A DNA stretch of 35,143 nucleotides from a virus (lineage: Duplodnaviria; Caudoviricetes), in the IMG/VR virus record IMGVR_UViG_3300033067_001722, positions 1 through 35,143 of that record; one strand, given 5' to 3'. Both the position numbers and the translations under genes were made by a program. The notes below the pieces were generated by a model, which searched no databases, was not told the DNA's origin, and saw only the letters and a program-made list of their open reading frames with translations. This document shows, in pieces, positions 16,582 through 23,914 of this stretch. The number at the start of each line of letters is the position of its first letter. Positions within the stretch are counted from its first letter, which is position 1.

Positions 16582-17223
16582 TTAGAACCCGGCTTCGGCT
16601 TCCTCGTCGTCGGCCTTCTTCGCCATGCGAGCGGCCTTTTCCTGAGCGCGGCGGGCCTTGACTTGCGCCAGGGCTTGTTGATAACGCGGAAGGGCCTTGA
16701 CCTTCGAGCGTTGACCTTGCTCGATAACCTTGCCGGTGGAATCCTTCTTATCTTCCGTGAGTTGTTCCCATTCCGCCGCGACTTCCGCGATGGTGCCGGT
16801 GTATTCCTCACCCTTCGACGCGGCGCGGAGTTGACGGAAGACGAACGCGGCTTCGACTTCGACGGTGTATTCCGGAGTGCCGTCACCTGCGACTCGTTCG
16901 ACCTTCCAGATGCCAGCGCGGAGGTTTTCAAATGCCTTGACAATCGCGGCGCGGAGGGATTCCGGGGTCCGGTCCTTGTCTTGCAGTTTCGAGGTATAAC
17001 CCCGAGCGCGGGAAATTAGACCTTCGGTAATCGCGGCCAGTTGCGTGGCTTCCGGAACTTCCGAGGGATTCAGGGAAACGGGTTCGACATTTTCCCCGAA
17101 AGTGGCGGTGATCGTGCCATCGTCGAGAACGGAAAAAGACATCTGGCGCTTCGAGCCTTCCTTCGCGGGGGGAGCGGAGGTTTCGCCTTCGGTAACGGTC
17201 GGGAGGTTGACGGTTTCGGTCAT
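16582..17223 (-). CDS. Conserved-looking early phage protein
   Basis: 213 aa with strong codon bias and an acidic C-terminus DDEEAEAGF. Confidence 0.75.
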   Translation of the reverse strand: MTETVNLPTVTEGETSAPPAKEGSKRQMSFSVLDDGTITATFGENVEPVSLNPSEVPEATQLAAITEGLISRARGYTSKLQDKDRTPESLRAAIVKAFENLRAGIWKVERVAGDGTPEYTVEVEAAFVFRQLRAASKGEEYTGTIAEVAAEWEQLTEDKKDSTGKVIEQGQRSKVKALPRYQQALAQVKARRAQEKAARMAKKADDEEAEAGF

Positions 17224-17319
17224 GATTCGAGTCTCGCAGTGAGTGGTGGGAGGGAGTTCAGTGTAGCGGGTTTCGCTTCCACTGGAATAGGGGCTTTCCC
17301 CTATTCCAGAGGTCAGCGA

Positions 17320-17508
17320 TTAGCACGCGCCGGCGTACATGCTACCCCAGGCCAGTTGCGCCGAGGCAACAGCGCGGGCGACATAGGTCAGCGAGTACAT
17401 CAGGCGGGCATCGGCGCCGCTGATGCGATCCTGAACTGAGACGAGGTCGCCGGTTGCTTCGTTCAGCAGCACGCGCAGGGGGCCATGGTTGAAGTGATAG
17501 AGCATCAT
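17320..17508 (-). CDS. Hypothetical protein
   Basis: 62 aa with a GGAGA Shine-Dalgarno, downstream of a sigma70-like promoter. Confidence 0.6.
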   Translation of the reverse strand: MMLYHFNHGPLRVLLNEATGDLVSVQDRISGADARLMYSLTYVARAVASAQLAWGSMYAGAC

Positions 17509-17552
17509 AGTTCGTTCTCCGAGGAGGGGGGTCTATCGTCGTTCTGAGGGTG

Positions 17553-17580
17553 ATTCTAAAGGATCGGGGGAACCCGTCAA
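17553..17580 (-). promoter_or_regulatory. sigma70-type early promoter
   Basis: Minus strand TTGACG-16 nt-TAGAAT with an AT-rich upstream element (TTGTTACAATAAAA). Confidence 0.6.
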
Positions 17581-17658
17581 GGGTTTTATTGTAACAAGCG
17601 AGCCGCTAGAACGCGCCAGGATCGAACGCGGGAAGGGGGAGGCCCCTTCCCCCTTAGG

Positions 17659-18480
17659 CTACTTGATCGAAGCCGCTGCGAGTGCCTTTTCGTCGTCCGA
17701 GCCGTTGAGGTTGATAAGTCCAGGTTTCACGAGCCATTCGGGCATGAGCGCATCCCGGGGGCCATAGCCTGACAAAGCAGCGGCAAGAGTGGAATACATA
17801 TTCCGGTCAATTTGAATCGAGAGGGCAGTTGCGAGGCTAGCGATATTCGAGAGGGGGATTTTAATAGAAAGTAGCAGACCCTGCGCGCCATCTTGAGATT
17901 CTGCGAATTTAGACAATTGGTGCAAAGTCAGAGAAACACTGCCGCCGGTTTTTTGGTAGTCCCATGCAGCGCGGGCAATGCGGGAGGTGACTTGCGAGAT
18001 GTATTCAGCGTTTGCACTGGCAGGGTATGACGTGCAAACCTCTAGATTCATCGCAGGCTTGGCGATTTTCGGCCGGTAAACTGCGCTCTGAGGGTGGCCG
18101 GAGAGATAGCGGGGAACGCTCCAGACTCCACCAGAAACCCGATATTCGGGGGTGGAGGCTTTCCCCTTAACATCAAGCTTTGCGAGGGCTTTATCGAAAG
18201 CCTCGTGTGCTTCGGAGGATCGGCCGGAATCGAGAAAGTCTGCGAGGGGTTGTTTTACAAGACCGGTCCAAGAACCTGCCCATGCGTTTTGAATGATCCC
18301 CCGCAGGTTAGAACCGGCTTTGGTAGGGTCTGAAGAGGCTTCGCGGTAGAGGGTGAAGAATTCGGTCAGGGTCCCTTTGAAATGATAGTAGGCGGCATTC
18401 CTTTCAACTTTCCGGGAGTTCCGGACTCGAATGGTTTCGATGGGGAATCGAGTCATGATAGAGGGGGAAAAACGGGCCAT
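17659..18480 (-). CDS. Partner of the AAA_5 ATPase (degenerate vWA/CobT-like)
   Basis: 273 aa directly downstream of the MoxR-type ATPase. GGVWSVPRYLSGHP resembles the motif preceding vWA-like domains in such pairs. No intact MIDAS DxSxS is visible. Confidence 0.55.
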   Translation of the reverse strand: MARFSPSIMTRFPIETIRVRNSRKVERNAAYYHFKGTLTEFFTLYREASSDPTKAGSNLRGIIQNAWAGSWTGLVKQPLADFLDSGRSSEAHEAFDKALAKLDVKGKASTPEYRVSGGVWSVPRYLSGHPQSAVYRPKIAKPAMNLEVCTSYPASANAEYISQVTSRIARAAWDYQKTGGSVSLTLHQLSKFAESQDGAQGLLLSIKIPLSNIASLATALSIQIDRNMYSTLAAALSGYGPRDALMPEWLVKPGLINLNGSDDEKALAAASIK

Positions 18481-18483
18481 GCT

Positions 18484-19812
18484 TTAACCCCTCAGGAAAG
18501 CAACAACAGCCGGAAGGCGGAGGACATCGGCCCAGCATTCAACGAGGGCACCACGCTTGCAGGTGACTTCCAGAACGGTTTCCCGGGCCATGCCTTCATG
18601 AAGGAAGAGGGGACCGCGCCTAACAGCCCGAGCAGTGGCGACAACATCCATTATCTCCCGCTTCTCTGCGAAGGCCCGAACGGCTCGCACGCATTCAAGC
18701 CAGAGGGAATCTCCCCGGGAAAGGTGCGCTTCGATGCGAGGATCGAGATTCCATTCGATGATTGCAAAGCGGTCACGGAACGCGCCATCCATGCGGGACC
18801 GGCCGGAGTATTCCATCGTCGCCCCGGAGCCGTCAGTGTTCCCGCCAGCGATAAGGCGGAAATGAGGGTGCAGGGGAATCGTTGCGTCAGGGAAGGCAAT
18901 GAAACCATTATCCAGAGCATTGACCACTAGCTGCGCATCGGGGGCGGATGCGTCGATTTCATCCCAGAGGAAGGGGTGGCCGAATTCGATAGCTTCCCGG
19001 AAAGGGGTTCGGACATACTCCCCGGTTGCATTCTTGTACCCGAGAAGTGCGAAGGCATCGGAAACCGCGCCGGTAGCGTAGAGGGTGTAATCCGGGCGAT
19101 TGAAATGGACTGCGAGAATGTCCCGAACTTGTTTCCCGGCAGTGGTTTTGCCTGACCCGGCAGGACCCTTGAGGAAGGCTTGTTCTCCGGCTTTCAGAAC
19201 TCGAATGAGTTCGGGCAGTTTCGGGTGGCAAATGCCTTCCACCTTAATCGCTTCCGCAGGGGGAGGGAAGTGAATATGCGTCTCGCCGATGCCCGGGATT
19301 TTTCCCGCTTTCGCGGCTTCGATAACGAGGCGCAGGGCCGTTTCCGCGATGGAAGGCGCTGCGGCGGTAATTGCTTCTCCCGCGATTTTCCGGGCTTGGT
19401 TTTGGGTGCAGTAGTCGGAGCGAACGCTATCAAGGTCGGAGCGTAGTCCCCCGATGCTTCGCAAAGCCCGGTCGATACTCTCGCGGAGGGTTTCGAGTTC
19501 GGGACTATTGCGCTCTGAGTTAGACCCATTGCGCTCCGCTGCGCTCGCCGCTGGCGCGGGAGTATCGTCATCGGTCCAATCTTCCACCTTCGGCGCGGTC
19601 TTTGGGGGAGTGTAGGTAACCCCTCCTACCCGTTGCGCAGTGGCGAGGGTTGCGCTCGCCATCGCGGGATAGTTCATAAGCCGGTCGATAATCTGTGCCT
19701 TGTTCAATTCCCCATTGCGAAACTTCAAGCCAGCGACTCGCGCGGCAGACATTAGGGAGACAACACCTAGCGCTTCCAGTTTGGTGCGGAGTTCGTAGTT
19801 ATCCATGCTCAT
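18484..19812 (-). CDS. MoxR/CobS-like AAA_5 ATPase with N-terminal helical extension
   Basis: Contains GPAGSGKT, LLGY...GEYVRTPF, FLWDEID, HPHFRLIAGGNT and MDGAFRDRF. Confidence 0.88.
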   Translation of the reverse strand: MSMDNYELRTKLEALGVVSLMSAARVAGLKFRNGELNKAQIIDRLMNYPAMASATLATAQRVGGVTYTPPKTAPKVEDWTDDDTPAPAASAAERNGSNSERNSPELETLRESIDRALRSIGGLRSDLDSVRSDYCTQNQARKIAGEAITAAAPSIAETALRLVIEAAKAGKIPGIGETHIHFPPPAEAIKVEGICHPKLPELIRVLKAGEQAFLKGPAGSGKTTAGKQVRDILAVHFNRPDYTLYATGAVSDAFALLGYKNATGEYVRTPFREAIEFGHPFLWDEIDASAPDAQLVVNALDNGFIAFPDATIPLHPHFRLIAGGNTDGSGATMEYSGRSRMDGAFRDRFAIIEWNLDPRIEAHLSRGDSLWLECVRAVRAFAEKREIMDVVATARAVRRGPLFLHEGMARETVLEVTCKRGALVECWADVLRLPAVVAFLRG

Positions 19813-20015
19813 GCCCCCGCCTTGCAGAATTCGACCATATGACGCGCGGTAGCAATCGCATCCCGCCGATCATCCGTGAAGTAATCCGCATCGGGGAATG
19901 CCTCCCCGTGGATATACAGCCGGCATCGATATTCACCAAGATCGGCGCACTTCGTGATCTTCACATGCTTTACCGCATTCACATGGGGGACGATGGTTAC
20001 AAGTCGATATGTCAT
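19809..20015 (-). CDS. Hypothetical early protein
   Basis: 68 aa with EYRCRLY...ADYFTDD..DA..TA and an ATGA overlap. Confidence 0.7.
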   Translation of the reverse strand: MTYRLVTIVPHVNAVKHVKITKCADLGEYRCRLYIHGEAFPDADYFTDDRRDAIATARHMVEFCKAGA

Positions 20016-20026
20016 GACCTACCCCC

Positions 20027-20173
20027 TTAGATAGTTTGCATGTGAATAACTACCGCTTCAATTCGCGAATCCGGGAAGACACTCCCGAAATGTGCGGCGG
20101 CCGCATAGTGGGCAAAAAATGCAGTTTGAAGCCCGAGCACGTCGCTTGTGTAGGTCACTTGATAGGCAATCAT
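20027..20173 (-). CDS. Hypothetical early protein (first gene of the left arm)
   Basis: AGGAG Shine-Dalgarno before MIAYQVTY. 48 aa. Confidence 0.55.
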   Translation of the reverse strand: MIAYQVTYTSDVLGLQTAFFAHYAAAAHFGSVFPDSRIEAVVIHMQTI

Positions 20174-20224
20174 CACTCTTCTCCTATTCCCGGGGAGACC
20201 ATCTCCCCTTCGTGCTTCTACACA

Positions 20225-20917
20225 TGCAACCCCCATGCCAGCCTAAAAACCGCCCTTTTTCCCCTACCCCGCAAAAACCGTGCCTGAAAACTGCCAAAAT
20301 CTGTCACTTCCCGGGAAATTCCCCCGACACTTCTCGGCGCAAAGTGACAAAACTCGCCGCAGCATGCAGGAAATGTGCCAGGTATTCCCGTGCGGAGCGC
20401 ACGTTGTGCAGGGTTGCCCGTGCTTCCGTTCTTCCGTTACTCGGGACCCCGCGTGTGTCCCTATGTCCTACTAGGGTATGGGGGTATTCCTCTCCCCTGC
20501 AAGGAGCGTGCCAACCTCCCTCTGTCAAGCACTGTTACGTCTTGTTACAAATAAAAAAAATTAGGACACTACCCCCTGAGAGTGCATATCCCTATACCTG
20601 ACTAGGATATAAGGTCACTATGGGGGGGGTCGTTTACTGGAAGAACGGAAGGTCGGGGAAATGCGCACAATCCCCGGGAAGGGGTCTAGGCGGGCGATAG
20701 GGGAAATTCCCGGGGAGAGGCTACCCCCATAGCGGGAAGGGCCAGCGTGCAGACAGGCGGGCCGCTAGGCCCCTGCATGGGCATCCGCGAAGCGGAGGGG
20801 GCTGATGCTCCCTCGGCGCAGCCGAGGCCGCTAGCATACAAAGCGCGCGCCCGCGCGTAGCAGGAAGCGTGCCAACCCTTCTCCCCTGCAATTCCCATGC
20901 CATCAAGATTCGTGCCA
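20225..20917 (-). promoter_or_regulatory. Array of seven sigma54 (-24/-12) promoter motifs
   Basis: Minus-strand 16-mers matching TGGCACG-N4-TTGCW at 20225-20240, 20270-20285, 20365-20380, 20498-20513, 20859-20874, 20887-20902 and 20902-20917. Confidence 0.8.
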
Positions 20918-20921
20918 GTTC

Positions 20922-20946
20922 AATGCGAATGAGAACGATTCGCATT
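20922..20946. promoter_or_regulatory. Fur-box-like palindrome
   Basis: AATGCGAAT-GAGAACG-ATTCGCATT. The central 19-mer matches GATAATGATAATCATTATC at 12 of 19 positions. Confidence 0.5.
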
Positions 20947-21033
20947 TCTCCCCGTGGGGGAAAATCCTTCCCAAACCCCCGGGGGTATTCCCCAGTTGCC
21001 GGGGTGCCTGGGGTGGGGGTTTAGCCGAGGCTA

Positions 21034-21090
21034 TCCAATGACAGTGATTTTTAGCCTCGAAACTCCAATGACAGTGATTTTGGGCTTCAA
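21034..21090. repeat. 30-bp-period tandem repeat
   Basis: TCCAATGACAGTGATTTT is identical at 21034-21051 and 21064-21081, and the tails are similar. Confidence 0.85.
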
Positions 21091-21105
21091 ATTTGAACGC
21101 TCCTC

Positions 21106-21133
21106 TTGATTTCGGGGAAAAGACTGGTATTGT
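21106..21133 (+). promoter_or_regulatory. Possible sigma70-type promoter for the late arm
   Basis: TTGATT-16 nt-TATTGT with an extended -10 TG, followed by AGGAG and the ATG at 21156. Confidence 0.4.
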
Positions 21134-21155
21134 CCGAAGATTAGGAGATGCCCTC

Positions 21156-21779
21156 ATGGCCGCGACGCAGATTAAGAAGGTCCGATATACCACCGATGCG
21201 GTGATTGACGTGATTTTGACGAATCCGTCGATTTCCCAGGGGGAATTGGCCGAGATGTTTGGGTATACCCAGACATGGATTTCGATTATTATCAACTCCG
21301 ATGCCTTCAAAAATCGGCTTGCGGAGCGAAAAGGCCAATTAATCGATCCCCAAATCACGGCTTCCGTGGAGGAACGGCTTGAAGCCCTGGGAAAAGCCTC
21401 CCTCGACCGCCTTCTCGACCGTGTGAATAGCTCCGTCCCCCTCAAACCCCTCGAACTCGTCGCAATGGCGAAACTCGGGGTCGGAAATCGCGCGGATAAG
21501 CCCGTCGCCCCGCAGCAGCAAAACAACCTCTACGTCCTTTCCATGCCTGCGCCTGCGGCCTCTTCGAAAGAATGGCTCTCCCAGGCCCGCCGGCCCCCGG
21601 GGGATGTCGTCGAAATGGAAAAAACCGACCGGGGGTTTACTCCTCCTGTAGAAATTTTGGAGGCGACCGCAGGTCGCAGCGGCAGTACGATGAATGGCAC
21701 TCTCGCGGAACGCACAGGTCCTTCCGATCTGTATACTATTCCGAAAAAGCTCGCCACCTTCCCCCGGAAAGACGCATAA
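21156..21779 (+). CDS. HTH protein, putative terminase small subunit
   Basis: ILTNPSISQGELAEMFGYTQTWISIII is an HTH, followed by a helical region and QQQNNLYV. First gene of the late arm. Confidence 0.55.
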   Translation: MAATQIKKVRYTTDAVIDVILTNPSISQGELAEMFGYTQTWISIIINSDAFKNRLAERKGQLIDPQITASVEERLEALGKASLDRLLDRVNSSVPLKPLELVAMAKLGVGNRADKPVAPQQQNNLYVLSMPAPAASSKEWLSQARRPPGDVVEMEKTDRGFTPPVEILEATAGRSGSTMNGTLAERTGPSDLYTIPKKLATFPRKDA

Positions 21780-21780
21780 A

Positions 21781-22089
21781 ATGGCTTATCCGCACCCGAA
21801 TCTTCTACCGATTGGCGCCGGCGGGGTTTCCCAGAAACTCACTCTTTCCGGAACCCATGTTCAATCCGCTGTCGTCACAAACACCGAAACGCCGGTTTAT
21901 TACAACGTTTTCGCCACCGCCGATGCGTTTGTTCGGGCTGGGACAAACCCCACCGCGGTTGCTACCGGCGTCGACCAGTTCATTCCCTCAAACCTCCTTT
22001 TCCGCCTCGGCCCGTTGAAAGTCGGCGAGCGTTTCTCCTTCATCGCCGCTTCTGCCGGCGGTTTTGTCTACCTCACCCCGGAGAATTAA
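21781..22089 (+). CDS. Small beta-rich virion protein
   Basis: 102 aa starting MAYPHP, with FVRAGTNPTA and GFVYLT. Confidence 0.6.
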   Translation: MAYPHPNLLPIGAGGVSQKLTLSGTHVQSAVVTNTETPVYYNVFATADAFVRAGTNPTAVATGVDQFIPSNLLFRLGPLKVGERFSFIAASAGGFVYLTPEN

Positions 22090-22091
22090 AT

Positions 22092-22403
22092 ATGAAATGG
22101 CTTGATTCCCTCCTTGGGCGAAAGCAGCCTGAGCCTGCTCCTCCCCCGGTTCTCGTCGAAGTCCTGGCCGAACCCGCACCCCCGCCGGCCCCGGAAATTC
22201 CCCTTTTCCCTAATCCTCGAGATTTCCCCCGGGATCGTTACGACGGCTATTGGGAAATCTACGAAGCCGGGCATAATCACTCCTTCGTCCGCGTTATGCG
22301 GCGTTCCGGCTGTGAAGTCCTCGGCGAGCAAATGCTCCGAAACGTCGATGTCCGGACTTTCATCGAAGAACATATGGCCCGCGTTATGAAAGGGGTGCAA
22401 TAA
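22092..22403 (+). CDS. Hypothetical protein
   Basis: 103 aa with a Pro-rich N-terminus and a GGAG Shine-Dalgarno. Confidence 0.6.
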   Translation: MKWLDSLLGRKQPEPAPPPVLVEVLAEPAPPPAPEIPLFPNPRDFPRDRYDGYWEIYEAGHNHSFVRVMRRSGCEVLGEQMLRNVDVRTFIEEHMARVMKGVQ

Positions 22404-22795
22404 TGGCTCTCGGTTTTGTCACCAACCTCCGGAATGCCCGGCTTGACGCTATTACCACCGCCTGCGGTGGTTCGGCGCTTCTCCGCATCTATTCCGGCAC
22501 ACGTCCCGCTACGGGTGGAACTGCGACGACCCTTCTCGCGGAACTTACCTGTAACGCGACCTTCGCGCCTTCCGCCTCCGGCGGGGTTCTTACCCTAAAC
22601 GCGATTACCCAGGATTCTTCCGCTGACTCTACCGGCACGGCCTCCTGGTTCCGGATTCTCACCTCCGGCGCAGTTGCACAAATCGACGGAAACGTCGGGA
22701 CTTCGGGTTCTGATCTGAACCTAACAACCACCGCCATCGTTGCAACGCAGCCTGTTTCCATCTCCTCTTTCACCATCACCGAAGGAAATCCGTAA
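22403..22795 (+). CDS. Virion structural/accessory fibre protein
   Basis: RNARLDAI...LRIYSGTRPA...GTASWFRI...DGNVGTSGSDL is a recurrent phage structural family pattern. Confidence 0.7.
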   Translation: MALGFVTNLRNARLDAITTACGGSALLRIYSGTRPATGGTATTLLAELTCNATFAPSASGGVLTLNAITQDSSADSTGTASWFRILTSGAVAQIDGNVGTSGSDLNLTTTAIVATQPVSISSFTITEGNP

Positions 22796-22796
22796 A

Positions 22797-23390
22797 ATGG
22801 CCCTCTCTACCCCCCAATTGCAGACCCTTAAAGCTGCCATCAACGCGAATCCTGTCTGGGCTGCCTTTCCCCAGGATTCCGACGGCTATTTCAACCTCGC
22901 GGCAGTTCTGAACGTCACCGCTGCCCCGGCCTTCACCGTCTGGCGGACGGAAACGCCCACGAATGCCATCATTGACGCGATTAATCTCGCTGGCTATACC
23001 CCGAACGACACGATTCTCGACACTGATTCCGGAGACATTCTCCAGCGGAAAAACGGCCGCCTCCTCACCGCGCAGACGAAGCAGATGAATCTCCAGATTC
23101 TGCTCCAAGGCCGAGATAAACTTGATTGCTCGAAGGCGATCGTCCGGTCGAATCTCCGGGATGCGGTTATTCTCCTTCCCACCGGCACTGGTGGGGCGAT
23201 GACTTCTCCCGGCGGGGCGTCTGGCGCGACTACGCTGACCGTCTGCACCCGGCTTGCGACGGAAGCGGAGAAAATCCTTGCAGCCCCCGCGCAAGGCTCC
23301 GACACCACCGGCACTGTCACCGCTCGGGTTCTCGGCTTTGAGGGGAAACTCTCCGCCGCCGATGTCCGAGCCGCGCGCGAACTCCCCTAA
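22797..23390 (+). CDS. Hypothetical virion-associated protein
   Basis: 197 aa starting MALSTPQLQTLKAAI. Confidence 0.65.
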   Translation: MALSTPQLQTLKAAINANPVWAAFPQDSDGYFNLAAVLNVTAAPAFTVWRTETPTNAIIDAINLAGYTPNDTILDTDSGDILQRKNGRLLTAQTKQMNLQILLQGRDKLDCSKAIVRSNLRDAVILLPTGTGGAMTSPGGASGATTLTVCTRLATEAEKILAAPAQGSDTTGTVTARVLGFEGKLSAADVRAARELP

Positions 23391-23401
23391 TCTGGTGAAA
23401 T

Positions 23402-23908
23402 ATGGCTACCACTACCATTAGCTATACCACAGCGACGACTATTACCTGTAGCGTCGCTTCCGTCGCTAGTTCTTCCACCTGGGTAGCCGGCCAGGAATCG
23501 AATGAAATCGATAATACCACGAACAAATACGATGACGCGCTTGTTCAAGGGAAAATCACAGTCGGAACTACTCCCACCGCCTCGACGCTAATTCTCGTCT
23601 ACGTTTGGGGCTCCGACACTTCCGCGGCGACGACGAACCTCGATACTATCGATGGGGTGGATTCTACGGAAACCCTCACTTCCGCTGGAGTTCGAGATGG
23701 TTTCTTGAAACTTGCTGCGTCGATTAATGTAGACGCGACCACTTCCAATCGCTCATACTGGTTCGGTCCCTTTTCTGTCGCCGATCTTTTCGGGCAAGTT
23801 CCGCGCTTCTGGGGTTTGTTTGTTACCCACAATACCGGGGCGAACCTAAATTCCACAGCCGGAAATCATAGCTTCACCTACACCGGCATTAAGTTCGACA
23901 CGGCCTGA
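23402..23908 (+). CDS. Thr/Ser-rich beta-sandwich virion protein
   Basis: 168 aa; composition and position between structural genes. Confidence 0.65.
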   Translation: MATTTISYTTATTITCSVASVASSSTWVAGQESNEIDNTTNKYDDALVQGKITVGTTPTASTLILVYVWGSDTSAATTNLDTIDGVDSTETLTSAGVRDGFLKLAASINVDATTSNRSYWFGPFSVADLFGQVPRFWGLFVTHNTGANLNSTAGNHSFTYTGIKFDTA

Positions 23909-23914
23909 TAGACC

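Noticed and set aside
18484-19812. Canonical sigma54 activator (bEBP)
   Set aside because: No GAFTGA motif and no C-terminal Fis-type HTH; the motifs are MoxR/AAA_5 type.
20283-20298. Additional weak sigma54-like site TGGCAGTtttcAGGCA (approximate position; another degenerate one near 20833-20848)
   Set aside because: Poor match outside GG/GC or missing the GG, so not counted in the array.
21034-21090. Possible mini-CRISPR array
   Set aside because: Only two units with 12-nt similar intervals, and no cas operon. The Cas4-like gene sits in a recombination module.
20180-21090. Short ORFs in the divergent region
   Set aside because: No convincing RBS or protein-like composition; the region is dominated by motifs and G/C runs.
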